Positions 1 to 15,185 of a stretch of DNA of 64,000 nt are shown in pieces. This stretch comes from the human T2T-CHM13v2.0 reference genome, Homo sapiens. A model generated the notes under the pieces. It saw only the letters and a program-made list of their open reading frames with translations, made no database searches and was not told where the DNA came from. Location of the stretch: the NCBI RefSeq assembly GCF_009914755.1, contig NC_060942.1; one strand, 5' to 3'. Position 1 is the first letter of the stretch. Each line of letters starts with the position of its first letter. A program made the translations under genes and the position numbers.

Positions 1-1163
1 CTGTGGCCAGTGCATTTATTGTTGTTGTTAAATCTGAAAAAGATATTCCATGGAGTCTGATTTTATATTTGTTTTGTACTTTATAAACAGCAACCATCTT
101 TTCTCCAACAATACACAGACACAGGCTGCTGAACTTGATAGCCAAGATATTCCCAAATAAGTGGGGCTTGGGGGTGGGGGAGATAGTGGGGCAGACAGTC
201 AATTCACTTGTGCATAAAGAAGTAAATGTTATGACTATTTTATTCTTGCAGGCACATCAGATCTTTTGGCTAATACCTGCCTCATGTGGTTGTAACATTA
301 CAAACATATATCCTAGTTACAAGTTCTAGTCTATAATGATGACTTTGTCAGCATTTCTTGCAAAGACATTTAGTAACACTTATGTTAAAATCACATCGGT
401 GACAATTTCATGATGGCTTTTGTAACACTTAAAATGCTAGGAGTTCATATCTTTAAAAGGAATTTCTGAAAAAAATCACCAAGAGCAGAACATCAGAGAA
501 ATAATTGTCTTTCACTGCCTCAGGCATGCTCTCACCAATCCAATTTTAAAGTAGAAACAAAACACAGAGCACAGTGATAATAACAGCCATGTTTTAGAAG
601 ATAAAGCAGAAATGTTAGAGGATTTGAGGAAAGTATTATAGGTTGAGTTTTTCAGCTGGCCCCAAGGGGTGGGGCATGAAGAGTAAAAAATCAAAGATTA
701 ATATAAGCAAACACCCTCTCAATAATTGGAAGCCCAGCACCAGAATAAACTGTGTAACAATAAAAAAAGATAAGTAAATAAAATGAATGGCTGCCTAGAT
801 GGCGATATAAAAGAAACATCACTATGCACATAGAATAACTTGTTTTATATAAGGAAACTCTGATAACAAATGAATTCCCAGGATGCTGAAGCTAGAAGAA
901 GTGTTCGTCTGAATTCAGCCTAATCTACTTTTATTTAAGATGTGATGAACAGAACATTTTTGAAATGTATCCCTGCTATAGGTAGATGTTTACCTTTTTC
1001 TTTCTTTTGAAGGGAGAGAATAGAGCGTAGGATCTGGCAGTCAGTTTTAGTGGCAATAGTCTTATACTTCGATAACAAACTCACCACTTTTTTTTGTATG
1101 TAATCTGACCCTTTTCCCCAAGCAAGGGCTCTCCTCAAAGCAATGTGTAAAGCATCAATTTCT

Positions 1164-1462
1164 TATTTCTTTTTTTTTTTTTTTGAGATAGTGTCTCACT
1201 CTGTTGCCCAGGCTGGAGTGCAGTGGTGCCATCTTGGCACACTGCAACCTCTGCCTCCTGGGTTTAAGTGATTGATGCCTTGGCCTCCCAAGTAGCTGGG
1301 ATTACAGGCACGTGCCACCACGCTCGGCTAATTTTTGTATTTTTAGTAGAGATGGGGTTTCATCATATTGGTCAAGCTGGTCTTGAACTCCTAACCTCAG
1401 GAGACCCACCCGCCTTGGCCTCCCAAAGTACTGGGATTAAGGCGTGAGCCACTGCACCTGGC
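1164..1462 (-). mobile_element. Alu (AluS-type), full length
   Basis: Antisense Alu dimer with poly-T. 16-bp TSD taaagcatcaatttct at 1148-1163 and 1463-1478. Confidence 0.97.
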
Positions 1463-1977
1463 TAAAGCATCAATTTCTAAGCTTGTCTGCTAAAACGACT
1501 CCCGTGAGCTGCATTGATACTGGAGCTTCTTATTCTTGGTCATTGCTGCTGCTGGATAAATATGGTAGAGGAATCTGGAGGGTGGGAGAAAGACATAGAC
1601 ATTCCCTTCCAGAACTAAGCGACAGGATCCAGCACTCTGAACAGATTTTTTAAAGCTATAGGATAGTACATATTTCTCAATATTTTCCCATTTGTAGTGA
1701 CAAATTACATTCCAAAGATAACAAAATATTTGTTTTGGAATTCTATCGAACCATACGTTGAATGCTAGGAAACTGTACCTGTGGTAAACTATATTAAAAT
1801 GTCTATTAATGATGAATATTAATACAATAAATTTTACCTGTGAAATGATTTTGAACCATTTATTTTTTGTCATATCAGTTAATGTTCTCCCCACAGTTCC
1901 CTTTATCCCTTTATAGATTACTTGATGTATTCTATTTAAAGAAGTGCATAAAGAGGTGTGAGCTTTATTCTGTATGA

Positions 1978-2286
<309 letters not shown>

Positions 2287-4323
2287 TGAATGTTTTCTCC
2301 TTATAAAATGATAACTGGAAGTATATTTGTATACTTGCTTTTACTTAAGTGATAGGTGTTTGCTCTCTGAAGCTGTAAACCAATGTACAACATATTAGAA
2401 AGCAAATTAAGAGTAAAAAATCAATCTCTGCAAAACTAAATATTTAGAGACATATTTTATCTAATAGATGATGTCATTCTATGTAAAAACCAAAGTGCTT
2501 AATACCTGCCAAAAGATGCCTAAATATGATAGAGTTGTAGATTACACACAGATAACACACTATCTACCAGCCTGGGCCAGTGGTGTATTTGCAGTGAATG
2601 GCACACCACCATCTTCATTACTGAGATGTATGGGGGATTTTTTCTGTGCTTTATTTTGGAAGAGAGGTAATGGGAAGGCTGGTGAACAGGTGGCTGGCCC
2701 AGAAACAAAGGGTGTGAGTTTTAAAAATACGTTTTCTCCTTCACATGCGCTGGAACACCTTACAAGAACAAAGATCAGAAGCTAAGAGAGTCATTTATTT
2801 TTACAAGATATGGGTGATTCAGGGAAGATGTATTGGTCAAGAGAGACTGAAAGAGGCTGTAAATCCAAGGAGAACAGGTTTTGAGTCAGATGAAAAAGAA
2901 TGTTGCAGAGTTGCTGAGAAGGCACACATCTGCCAATCTGTATGTTGAACAAAAATATTCTGCCACCTGAAATACAGAACACTTATGTATTGAATTCTAG
3001 AAATCTCAGTGCCTTTAATTATCTTAACTGCCAAAAGAGAATAATGATAATAGTAGCACTTGGTTTACAGTGTTGCCCTAAACATTAAATTGGAACATTC
3101 TAGGTAAAATGCTTAGAAGATGATCTGCTACATTGTATGTATGCACGGAGTAAATGTCAACTATTGTTTTTTCATACTATCATTTTTTGTTAATGTTAAA
3201 TTTTTGAAAATGTTCACACTTTACCAAAAGTATTTGCAGAATCCCCTATAGTATAAAGACGCTGATAAAAAAATGTATTCCAAAATTCATAGGATTGTGT
3301 GGGGTATAGTAACTTAATGATGAAGATTTAGAATAATGGATAGAAAAGAGATTGTTATGTATTTACTTACTGTCTAATCAGTGCATGTGAAGATTCTTGC
3401 AGTATCGAGAAAAATATCTCTTTTTGTTCTTTATTTTTAAATATGTTGCTCCTAACTAATTTCACTTGTCTCAGAATGAGGAAAAGGTGGCAACACTGCT
3501 ATTACAATGACATGGGTTTTAAAAAATGTGTTTATATGGCAACAATATAGATCTGGCCTCCACAGTTTCCTAATGCTATTTATTTATTTAATTCAGGTTA
3601 CATTATTATTCATAATGCTGCATCATTCAATAAATTACACACAGATCCTGGATTCCAGTGAATCTCTCAAAGGTCATTAATGTGTTTCATTGATAATAAA
3701 CACAAATACAAGTCTCATCTAGAGGATGCAATATCATTTATAAATAATTACTTTGTTTTTGGTCATATTGCACTATTTTGATTAGGGTCATTGCTGTTTA
3801 GAAGTCAGACTCTCTTCCATTTCCAACTTCTTCTTACCACCTCTATTCGGGCTCCCTCAGTAACCCAGTGAATTTTTTTTCTCTTTCTTGTGAATTCCAA
3901 TAACATTCTTGTACCACATTTACAGCATCTTGTAAATACTTCCTTGAATATAGTACTTTATCAAGATACTTTCCCTCAGGAATTTTAAGTTTTAACATGT
4001 ATTCTATATCTTATATATTTTCCCCCAACATATTTTCTTACATGCATTAGGATGTTATTCAATAAATGATCACTGAATTATAAGACATAGTTTATTTTAC
4101 CCCACTGTTAAGCAAGGTTAAACAACAATCAGATTATGGCATTTCTTGTTTTATTCATGTATACTCACTAACTGCTGAGATAGACCATTGTCATATTTAA
4201 TCTGTGTCTAAGAAAGATCTATTATACATAGATTAGCATATGCCTCAGTACTTTTTCCTGGGACCCTCAATATGTCTGCTATTTGCTCTGAGCAATTTCA
4301 CTATTAGAACTTTATCCATTTAG

Positions 4324-4625
<302 letters not shown>

Positions 4626-5509
4626 TTAGATTAAGATGTTAATACATGTTAAATTATAGTTAGTTTTATTTTGAACTCATGTTACCTCTTCAGACATTGC
4701 TAGTAATAAATCTGAGATCACTTATGAAAGCAAAATTTGATACAGAAAGTAAGAAAGTAAGATGAAAATATTAGGGAGCTAGGGTCCAGAGGAAAAGAGA
4801 AACATTTTGTATAATGTGCATACTGAGGTGCTAGGGCTAAACTTTGGCCTCACTTTTAAAGATTATTAGTATTTTGATCTACTAGTTAGTTTTATGTCTT
4901 CCCTACACCACTCATAATCTTCAATCCTAATTATTTTATAAATATGAATTGTAAAAACAAATTAATAAAGAAGCTTGAAAATTTCGTTTGTAAAACCCCC
5001 AAGGTTTAATAATTTCTTAAATGTTAAATAAAGGAGAAAGAATGTACACATCTTAAATAATGTAAACTGTAAATACATTGTTGAGATAAGTGGCAAATCA
5101 CTTCTCTTTTAACATAAGCTGTGTTCTCTTTACTGATAATTCAAACTGTTTGCCATATCTAATAATGTGCTCATTGAGCTTCTAGATCACTCAGGACAGT
5201 TGACTATTTCTCTCTGTTATAGAAATCTAAATAATATTAGAATCCTCAAAAATATAACCAGATTATTATATACATACATATATAATTACATATATATAAT
5301 ATGCACACAAGGATAAATCTATCTACTCTTTTTAATGAAAATATCCTACGAAGATCAGGCATGTTTCCCAAAAACTCTGTAACATGTTCACCATTATTCA
5401 TGTAGATCTTTCTCCATTCAATTTTTGCAAGGAAAAAGAAAAGACACCTATACCCCCAAGGGTTAAAACTATTATGAACCACAAAGAAAGCAAATTAGTG
5501 CATGTGAGG

Positions 5510-5678
5510 GACAGGGAGTAAGGGAAATGGGGAGTGATTGCTTAATAGATTGGGGTTTCATTTTGGGATGATGAAAATAATATTTTGGATATAGCTAAAG
5601 GTAATGGCTACAAAATATTTTGAATGTATCCATTTTAAAATGGTTAATTTTATGGTACATGAATTTTACCTCAATAAG
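5510..5678 (+). mobile_element. Old L1M (L1MB/ME-like) 3' end fragment
   Basis: ggggagtgattgcttaat...ttttgggatgatgaaaa...aaaatggttaattttatggtacatgaattttacctcaataa resembles the L1M 3' UTR. Confidence 0.75.
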
Positions 5679-6032
5679 TTGTTTTAAAGTTGCTTTATGG
5701 AAATCCAAGTCCAAAACTTTCACACTTTCTAACAAAAGTTAATGATTCACAGATGTATGGCTCTGAGGGAGGCCATTACAAAAGTAATATTTCAATATCT
5801 TTTTGTCCAAATCGGGTCTTAATTATATATTTTCTTTTCTAGTTACTCAGTCACCAACCCACTCCTCTGTCATAATCTTCCTCTTCTTTTTGTTCTCTCT
5901 CCACATTACTTTAATCATAATGTCCTAGCATTTCTTATTCTCTTATCTATCTCAGGGAACAAAATTTTTACTTTCCTTGCCTCAGATTTTCCAGTTCAGA
6001 AACAAGTGTCTCACCTTTGACCTTTTTCTTTC

Positions 6033-6849
<817 letters not shown>

Positions 6850-6859
6850 TTTTCCTTTA

Positions 6860-7440
6860 CCTGCACATCATATAATTTGTGGTAACTGTTTTCTTATCTT
6901 TGAAATCTATCTGCTTTTCCCCACTTACACTTTTACTTCCCTGTTATGATTCATTACATTTTTGGATGACAGCAATAGATTCATAAATACTTCCTCTTTA
7001 TTTTGAAGTGACTTCACTCCATTCATTTTCCACACTGCAGTCAGCATTGTCATACTAAGAGACAAATCTGACTATAGTTACTATCAAATCCCTTCAATCA
7101 TTCCTATTACCTTCAGCATAAAGTCCAACCTCCTCATGTTTCACCAAGGCCTTCATGATCTATTTCCCAATATCTCTCCATTTATCCTCTAGTGATTTAT
7201 GACTTAGATAGACATGAAGTTCCTGGAAAATACAGTATTTTCTCTTTCCTTTAGATATGTAGGAATTTTCCCTCATTTATGTGCCACCTCTACCTAGTTA
7301 CTAGGTACTTATTGTTTATCCATCAATATAAATATCACTTTTTTGGAAGTCTTTCCTGAATCCAAAATTTAGGTTTCTTATCAATATTATGCTCTTACTT
7401 CCACAGACTATTTGATAATCTCAATCATAGTATTATCAGT
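6860..7440 (+). mobile_element. LINE2 fragment
   Basis: cacactgcagtcag...caaatctgac...ataaagtccaacctcct...aaggccttcatgatct L2 3' motifs. Boundaries approximate. Confidence 0.65.
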
Positions 7441-8492
7441 CTAATAAATATTTTGGTTTAGTTTTGAAATGTCAGTAATGTACATTTTCTTGCTGGTTAA
7501 TATTAGTTATTAAGTATTCAAAATAATAAGTCAATAAATAAATATAATATTTACATTTTGCAGTATGTATAAGCACATGTATATCAGTGTTTTAATGATT
7601 ACTTAATATAATATCTACCTTTTATAACTTTAACTTGATGGTTGCATGTTATAGTATTGTTTTAATCAAAATTATAACCCTATAGAAAAAGCAATGCTTA
7701 CTAAAGGTTGTAAAGAGTCTTCTCAAAGAGTACTTCCAGTATAAGTTGAAGGAATTCATTTATGGCTACCCCATTGCATCCAAAATAATGCACTTATTGG
7801 CTCCTATCCAAATTTTAGGCATACTGCCTAGGAGGAATTAACCAGCTTTTTAAAGTTCGATTTGCAAATTCAAACTTATTAAATGACACAGATTGTCTCA
7901 GCATGTTATACAGTAAAGCAATTATCACTGACATTAATTATTACATTCTAAATTGCCCTTTTAATCATGTCTTAAAAGAGAAATTATGATTACTTTTTGC
8001 TGTCTATCATTTATCTCTTCTTACTCTATTTGAAGAAGCAGTGTCTAGGTCCAAAAGAATAGTTGTATAAAGCCATAAATAAATATTTTAGTTAATAATA
8101 CCTTTAAAGTTCTCAAAAAAAAAGCCATATAATATTTAAATGTCAGTTATATTAGCCTCTTCTTATACTGGTGCTAGTTAATTACTTTATCAATTCAAAG
8201 GCCATTATATATTATCTTAATATGAAAAAGTTTAAAATATTTTATTATAAATATAAGTTGGAAATTCTTTATATAATTATTGAACATGGAAAATATGTAA
8301 AAATACAAGCAGAATTTTGTGGCTGAAAAGAGCCATTTAGGTATTCAGTGATGTACTATATAGCATAATATTCTAATTCAGTAGACTAAAGGTCCAAATA
8401 ACTTTGTTCTAATTTAAATTATTCATGGACTAATTATTTGCCTTTGGGTACATCTTGGGGTATAATTTATTAATCCATAAAATTAGGTTAAT

Positions 8493-9783
8493 ATAAGTTG
8501 GTGAAAACATAATTGTGGTTTTCACAATATTGAAATTTGCCATTTGATATTGGAATACATTCTTAAATAAATTTGGTTATATTATACATCATTTTAATGT
8601 GCATTTCTTGCTTTTTTTTTGCTAATGACTTATTACTTGCTGTTTGTTTTATATTTATTTTAGATTATGAAAATGATATTAGACAAAAAGCAAATTTGGG
8701 TGATTTTCTTATTCAAGTTCAAAATAGGTCATAAAGCAGTGGAGACAACTCATAACATCAACAACGCATTTGGCCCAGGAGCTGCTAACAAACATACAGT
8801 GCAGTGGTCATTAAAGAAGTTTTGCAAAGGAGACGGGAACCTGGAAGATGAGGAGCATAGTGGCTGGCCATTAAAAGTTGACAACAACCAAATGGGAGCA
8901 ATCATCGAAGCTGATCCTCTTACCACTACATTCTGAAGAACTCAACATCGACCATTCTATGGTCATTTGACATTTGAAGCAAATTGGCAAGGTGAAAAAG
9001 CTCTCTATAAGTGGGTGCCTCATGAGCTGAGCGAAAATTAAAAAAAAACAAAAAACAAAAAAAAACACACGTCATTTTAAAGCATTGTCTTCTCTTATTC
9101 TGCACAACAACAAACCATTTCTCGATTGGATTGTGATGTGTAGCAAAAAGTGGATTTTATACAACTGGTGATTATCAGCTCCGTGGCTGGACTGAGAAGA
9201 AGCTTCAAAGCACTTCCCAAAGCTAAACTTGCACCAAAAGTAATCGTGGTCATTGCTTGGTGGTCTGCTGCCGGTCGGATCCGCTATGCAACTTTTTGAA
9301 TCCCGGCAAAACCATTACATCTGAGAAATATGCTCAGCAAATCAATGAGATGCACCGAAAACTGCAATGCCTGCGGCTGGCATTAGTGAACAGAAAGGGC
9401 CCAATTCTTCTCGGCTACAATGCCTGACCGCACGTTGCAAAACAGAGGCTTAAAAAGTTAAACAAATTGGGCTATGAAGTTTTACTTCATCCTCCATAGT
9501 CACCTGACTTCTCACCAACTGACTACCATTTCTTCAAGGATCTTGACAACTTTCTGCAGGGAAAACACGTCCACAACCAGCAGGATGCAGAAAATGCTTT
9601 CCAAGAGTTCGTCGAATCCTGAAGCACAGACTTTTACACTACAGGAATAAACAAACTTATTTCTCATTGGCGATAATGTGTTGATTGTAATGGTTCCTAT
9701 TTTGAATAATAAATATGTGTTTGAGCCTAGGTATAATGATTTAAAATTCACAGTCTAAAATCACAATTACTTTTGCAACCTAA
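8493..9783 (+). mobile_element. Full-length Hsmar1 mariner DNA transposon (~1.29 kb)
   Basis: Degenerate terminal inverted repeats ataagttggtgaaaacataattgtggtttt and aaaatcacaattacttttgcaacctaa, followed by TA. Contains a transposase relic. Confidence 0.95.
8667..9709 (+). pseudogene. Disrupted Hsmar1 transposase (homologous to the SETMAR transposase domain)
   Basis: MKMILDKKQIWVIFLFKFK...IIEADPLTTT, KWVPHEL (~9009-9029), SPDFSPTDYH and the DCNGSYF C-terminus, with multiple stops and frameshifts. Confidence 0.95.
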
Positions 9784-10599
9784 TATTTATTCTTCCTCCT
9801 TATGTCATAGAATTGAGAGTAAATCAAACACGATAGAATATTATAAAACCTTAAAATTGGAACAATTTAACATTATTACTAAAATGAAAAATAGTTAGCT
9901 ACGACCAGCATGAACACTTATTAAACTAAATGGATAATGTAAATAATTTGAGAATTAACAATTTACCATTTTTAAAATGTTCTCTGACAGTCACTAAATT
10001 AAAACATCTCCCACCGAAGCTATTCTACATGATAAATTCATTATGCTGTTATGAATTGTTGCTAGCTTCTATTAAAATAACACTTCAAAGTACTAAAACC
10101 ATAAAACCAGATTGTTTGTATTGAGTGTCGGATGGTGCTGAGGATAGAGAATATGTTTGATATTGTTGTCCACGTAATTTGTATTAAATAAAGAGCAATA
10201 ACTTGCATCAAAGACAAATAAATAAAAGGATCTTGTTCTAAAAGAGATTCTAATAAGGTCAAAAATCAGCTCTTTCTTTAATTCCAAATATCTTGTTAGT
10301 TATAAATCTTGTTATTTTATAAGGCTTCTCATGAAATATAAAATACTAAATAGTGCAACTGAATATTCCATGTATGCAGTGGATATCACATAATTTCATA
10401 TACACCACAATTCATTAATTAAATTTAATTGTTAAAGATCAGAGAAATTAATCAGTTTGCACACATAACTATTACATTAAAAATTTTAAGTTTATGGAAT
10501 AATAAATTGAGAGGTGACAAAAGACAAAATCTCTAATACCTCTGAAAAATATAGAACAGAGCTATGTTCTAATAAGAAAGCCCATTTGTCTAAGGAACA

Positions 10600-10700
10600 A
10601 AGGATGTGTGTTTGAACCCTGTTTCCCAAATATTTAATTGTATGACTTCTGGTAATTGATGGAATTTCTCTGAGTCCTAGGTTTCTGTGAAATAAGTTTA
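10600..10700 (+). mobile_element. MIR fragment
   Basis: gtttgaaccctg...tgtatgacttctggtaa...tttctctgagtcct MIR core. Confidence 0.55.
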
Positions 10701-11079
10701 AGGTCTACTCCACTGAGGTACAAAGCTTAACTAAAACCTATAACTTAATATATCAACTATGTAGAAGTCAGTATGTATGGTACTTAATGATAGAAAACTG
10801 TAATAATAAAGGGAAAACATTCATTGAAACTAATGGGAGATTAAAAATTACACATTATAAATATATGATTTACAATGAGGAAAAGTGCAGGTACCTACAC
10901 TGAGAAGTTATAAAATATAGGTAGCCTTTTAAAATAATATATAACATATCAAGGATAAGAAAAAATTAGAGGATATTGTATTAAGGGGAAACAATAGTTA
11001 AAGGAATTAATGGAGCAAGTCATACAAATATTTCTATCCCTTTTAGACAGACAGGACAGACAATTCAAGATCACAAAGT

Positions 11080-11965
11080 GGGTTCATATGTCACCTATTC
11101 AAGAAATAGTATGAAAGCAAGTGTGTTTGTTTAGAGAGGAAGAGACTTGCAAGACATAAAATCAGAGTTAGCCTGTGGCCAGATCAGGTAAGATTTTCAA
11201 GGTCCTTGTAAGAATTTGGGCTTTTGTTCAAAAGAGATGGGCTGCTTTGGGGAGATCTGAATAGAGTAATGACATAATCTTTCTAAAATATCTCTTTTTC
11301 TGAGTGAAGACAGTCATTCAGAGGCTATTACAATAATTCAGTTGCTGAAGGTTGAAGTGGGGTAAGAAGTCAGGAGGCTATTGCAAAAGCGGCAAGAGAT
11401 GATGAGATTTTTGATCAAAGAAGTAACAAATTAAATTACAAGTTATGGTCAGATTTTGAAAAAATACTGAATTTAGAACTAGTAGAATTTGCTTGTAGAC
11501 ATAAAATAACCTGTGAAAAATACTCAAAAATTACTCCAAGTCTTTTCTATTTTATTTTATTTTTTTTGCTTGCATAGCTGGCAGAATGAAGTGGCATTTG
11601 CTAAGATGAAGATGATTACAGGAGCAATACATTTAGGATATGAGGAATCTGAAGGTAAGTTTGGATGATTACTACTAGACAGCTCCAGTGAAGGTATCAC
11701 ATAAGCCATTTGGCATACATGCCTTGCATTCCAAAGATATGACTGGCTTGGGCTGGAGATTTAAATTTGAGTTAGTTACCATATAGATAATATCTAAAGT
11801 GCTGAGTCACTTGGAATTGATTATCGATTGTAAAGAGCAGAGGTTCCAAGATTCCTAAAAACTTCAGAGGCCGAAGACACAGAGAAAAGAGAACCACTAA
11901 TAGAAATTAAGAAAGGTGTTGTGGTGAGGTAGAATGTAACTGAAGAAAGTGTTGTCCTGGAAGTC
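11080..11965 (-). mobile_element. LINE2 fragment
   Basis: ggccagatcag, gagtaatgacataatct, caggaggctattgca, gggctggagatttaaatttgag and gtgttgtcctggaagtca antisense L2 motifs. Boundaries approximate. Confidence 0.75.
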
Positions 11966-13716
11966 ACCTTCTGCCACTACAGAGATAATAATAACAACTA
12001 TGCCTAAAATATTAATGCAATGGTGACATCAAATTAATCTATAAGAGATGATGAGATTTTTCATCAAAGAACAGAAATGTTTGAATCCATCCTGCAAAAA
12101 TATTTGTAAACATAAAACCTAATTTAGGTCTATTCTATTGTTCATGATTATTTGGATTAGAAGTTACAGAAATTGAACTTTAACTCACTTAGAAAAACAG
12201 TACATTCCAAAACAAAAAATGGTTTGAATAATCAAAGTACAAAGTAAGAAAAGAATATTTTTACACCTTAAAACCAACACACACAAAACAAAACCACTCT
12301 AGAGCCAGGGACTTGAATGCCATTTGACCTCCCTTTCAGTTTTACAACTATGTTTTTCCCCACTTGTGTGTTTTATTTGGTCTCACTGCAAGTTTATTTC
12401 TCATGGGAGGACACTTGACTTCTCATAGATCTCAAGCCTCTTATAGATATTATTATATCCAATAACATCTGCTACCACAAAGCCTGAATATTTTGAAAAC
12501 TCCCAGGGAAAATCTCTGTATGGGTTAAGCTCTCTCCTGAACTAATCAGTCATGGGCAGAGAGATGGATTCATGCGAATAATAGGAGTTTTCAATGAAAA
12601 CAAAAGCATGAGGAAGGAAAAATACAAGTTTCAAAAAGAAAAGGAAAGACACTGTGATTATTGTTAAGGAAAGGATCAGAATAAAGACAAAAATAAGCTC
12701 CATTAAACCTCGAGGCCTATTGTTATATATGTGCAAGCCTCATGATCAAACATTTTTTTCAGAAATTGTATGTTTTGATTGACATTTGCTAAGTGTCAAA
12801 GGGTCAAAAACATTAATGATGAAGTTGGTGTAAATTATAATTGCACTATATAAAATTAGGATTAAATTGATTGAATCTAAACTTCTTGGAATTATAATTA
12901 ATTTTTAAAATTTAAGCACAATTTTAATTCATATGACCAAAGAAATTAATACTACTTGCACTATTATTGGAAACAGTCTTTTGAGGTTCCCTGTAAAGAT
13001 CTATGAGGTACATACAGTTCTTCAGCAAAATACAAGTTCTAAAGAATTCAAGAGAGGAGATCATCTTTGGAGCAATAAAATTTTGACTAGATTTTTATAA
13101 AGGTAAATTTATATCAAGATGGCTTTAAGTTTTAGAGTGGAATTCTATTACAATGCAATGAATAGTCCCTCTAAACACACATATTATGTATATTTAATTT
13201 CAGAACAAACTATCTCACATAATACTCATTTATGTAATGAAGTGCAAATCTGATTCTAGCTAAAAAATGTATCCATAACTCGTAAATTATGATAATGAAA
13301 ATAATTAAAATTCTATACTCCTTAGCGTTTATAAAATATTCATGTTAATAATCAAAATAATAGCACATTTATTCTTTAGAACAATCTCTTCATGATGCTT
13401 CTGCATCTTTTGATTGCGTTTTTGCCTTTCAACCTTATTTCAGATTGTAGAGAAAAAATAAATATATTATTTTCCATTTATTTAATGTATCTTTATTCTG
13501 TTTTACCAGTTGCCTGTGGAGCTTAATTTTATGTTACACCAACTTAATCTCACATAAGCACAACATTGGGTGTTTAAAATCTTACCTACAATGACCTCAC
13601 ATCATCTTTCAAGAGCTGGTAAACTCATATAATTAAATATTGTGTATATTTTGCCCAGCTACTTTTGTGTATCCCAAAATATTCTTAATTTAAAAAAAAT
13701 CAGTTCAAAGCTTTTT

Positions 13717-14014
<298 letters not shown>

Positions 14015-15069
14015 TGTTCAATGCTTTTTAATAAATATTAAATGTAAACTATTTAGAGCTCTAGTGATTGATATCTCTTCATCATCAGAAACATACCCTA
14101 CATTGGCCATATACCAGGCACTCTTCTAGTATGTATGTTTCTGATCACAGTGCATGTATAGTTTTTTCCAATATGTCAACTGTATTTTTTAATTATCTGA
14201 ATTTCACCTCAATAAGCAATAAAAATAGGAAAATAAATATATTCCTCCAATGCCTTTCATTTTATTCAAGTTGATATACCAGAGCTTGACGTTCAGTAAA
14301 AAATTCTAAAAATGTAAAAACAAGATGAAACATTTATTTTTTTATTTTCCATCCTTGCAAGTCTTCAGGGAAAAATACAGGTAACACACTGACCTGGTGT
14401 TTCTTAATAATACTTTAGTCCTTTTTACAAAATATAAGCTGGATGATATTTTTATTACATTTTTATATTTTAAGATTGAGATTCATGTACGTGTATATAT
14501 TGTTAGCTAATAAAATGAACATATATATAGATAATTAAACATAAGTATACTGGTGATAACATACAGAGGTACTATTTTTGTATTTCTCTAAATAATTTTA
14601 TACAATTAAGATAGTAATTTTGTCATTAGTGTAATGAAGCGAATTTTTTATAGAACTCAAGAAAAAAATACATATTATCTATAGCGCTGAAATAGAATTA
14701 TGAGTTAATTGCCTGTTTAAAACAGCGGGATACTCTGGTGAAAGAAATCACTTTGCTTCTGACAACATCCAAGGTATTAGCTACCTGAGATAGATTATTT
14801 CTGCTTTCCTTTGTTAATATTTTGTTTGAGGCTGTAACTGCAAACTTACTGTCAATGCTCTGTTCCAAGTAATCAATATTCCAAGCCATCTTTTTTCTCT
14901 CACATAATTATAGAGATGACATTTTCTCCCTGCAAAGTTTCAAATTTGAGTTTCTACTTCCACAGAAAGATATTTTCATGGTACAACCCACTGGCTGTTA
15001 CCACCAACTGTGTTTGCACTGCCCCAAATTCTGGAAAACAAGAAAGCAGTGGAACACATTCAAAAGATC

Positions 15070-15185
15070 TCTAGAAGACAGTAGACCAGAGGTTTTGTCT
15101 CCCATTTTACTAATTTTCTTTGTGGCCTTAGATAAGCCAGTTAATCTGCTTAGATCCCAGTTTTCTAAATTGTAAAATCATACAT
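15070..15185 (+). mobile_element. MIR fragment
   Basis: tgtggccttagataagccagttaatctgcttagatcccagttttctaaattgtaaaat. Confidence 0.6.

Noticed and set aside
330-470. Possible C/D snoRNA (ATGATGA near 336, CTGA near 466)
   Set aside because: No terminal stem, spacing too long, and such motifs are common in AT-rich DNA.
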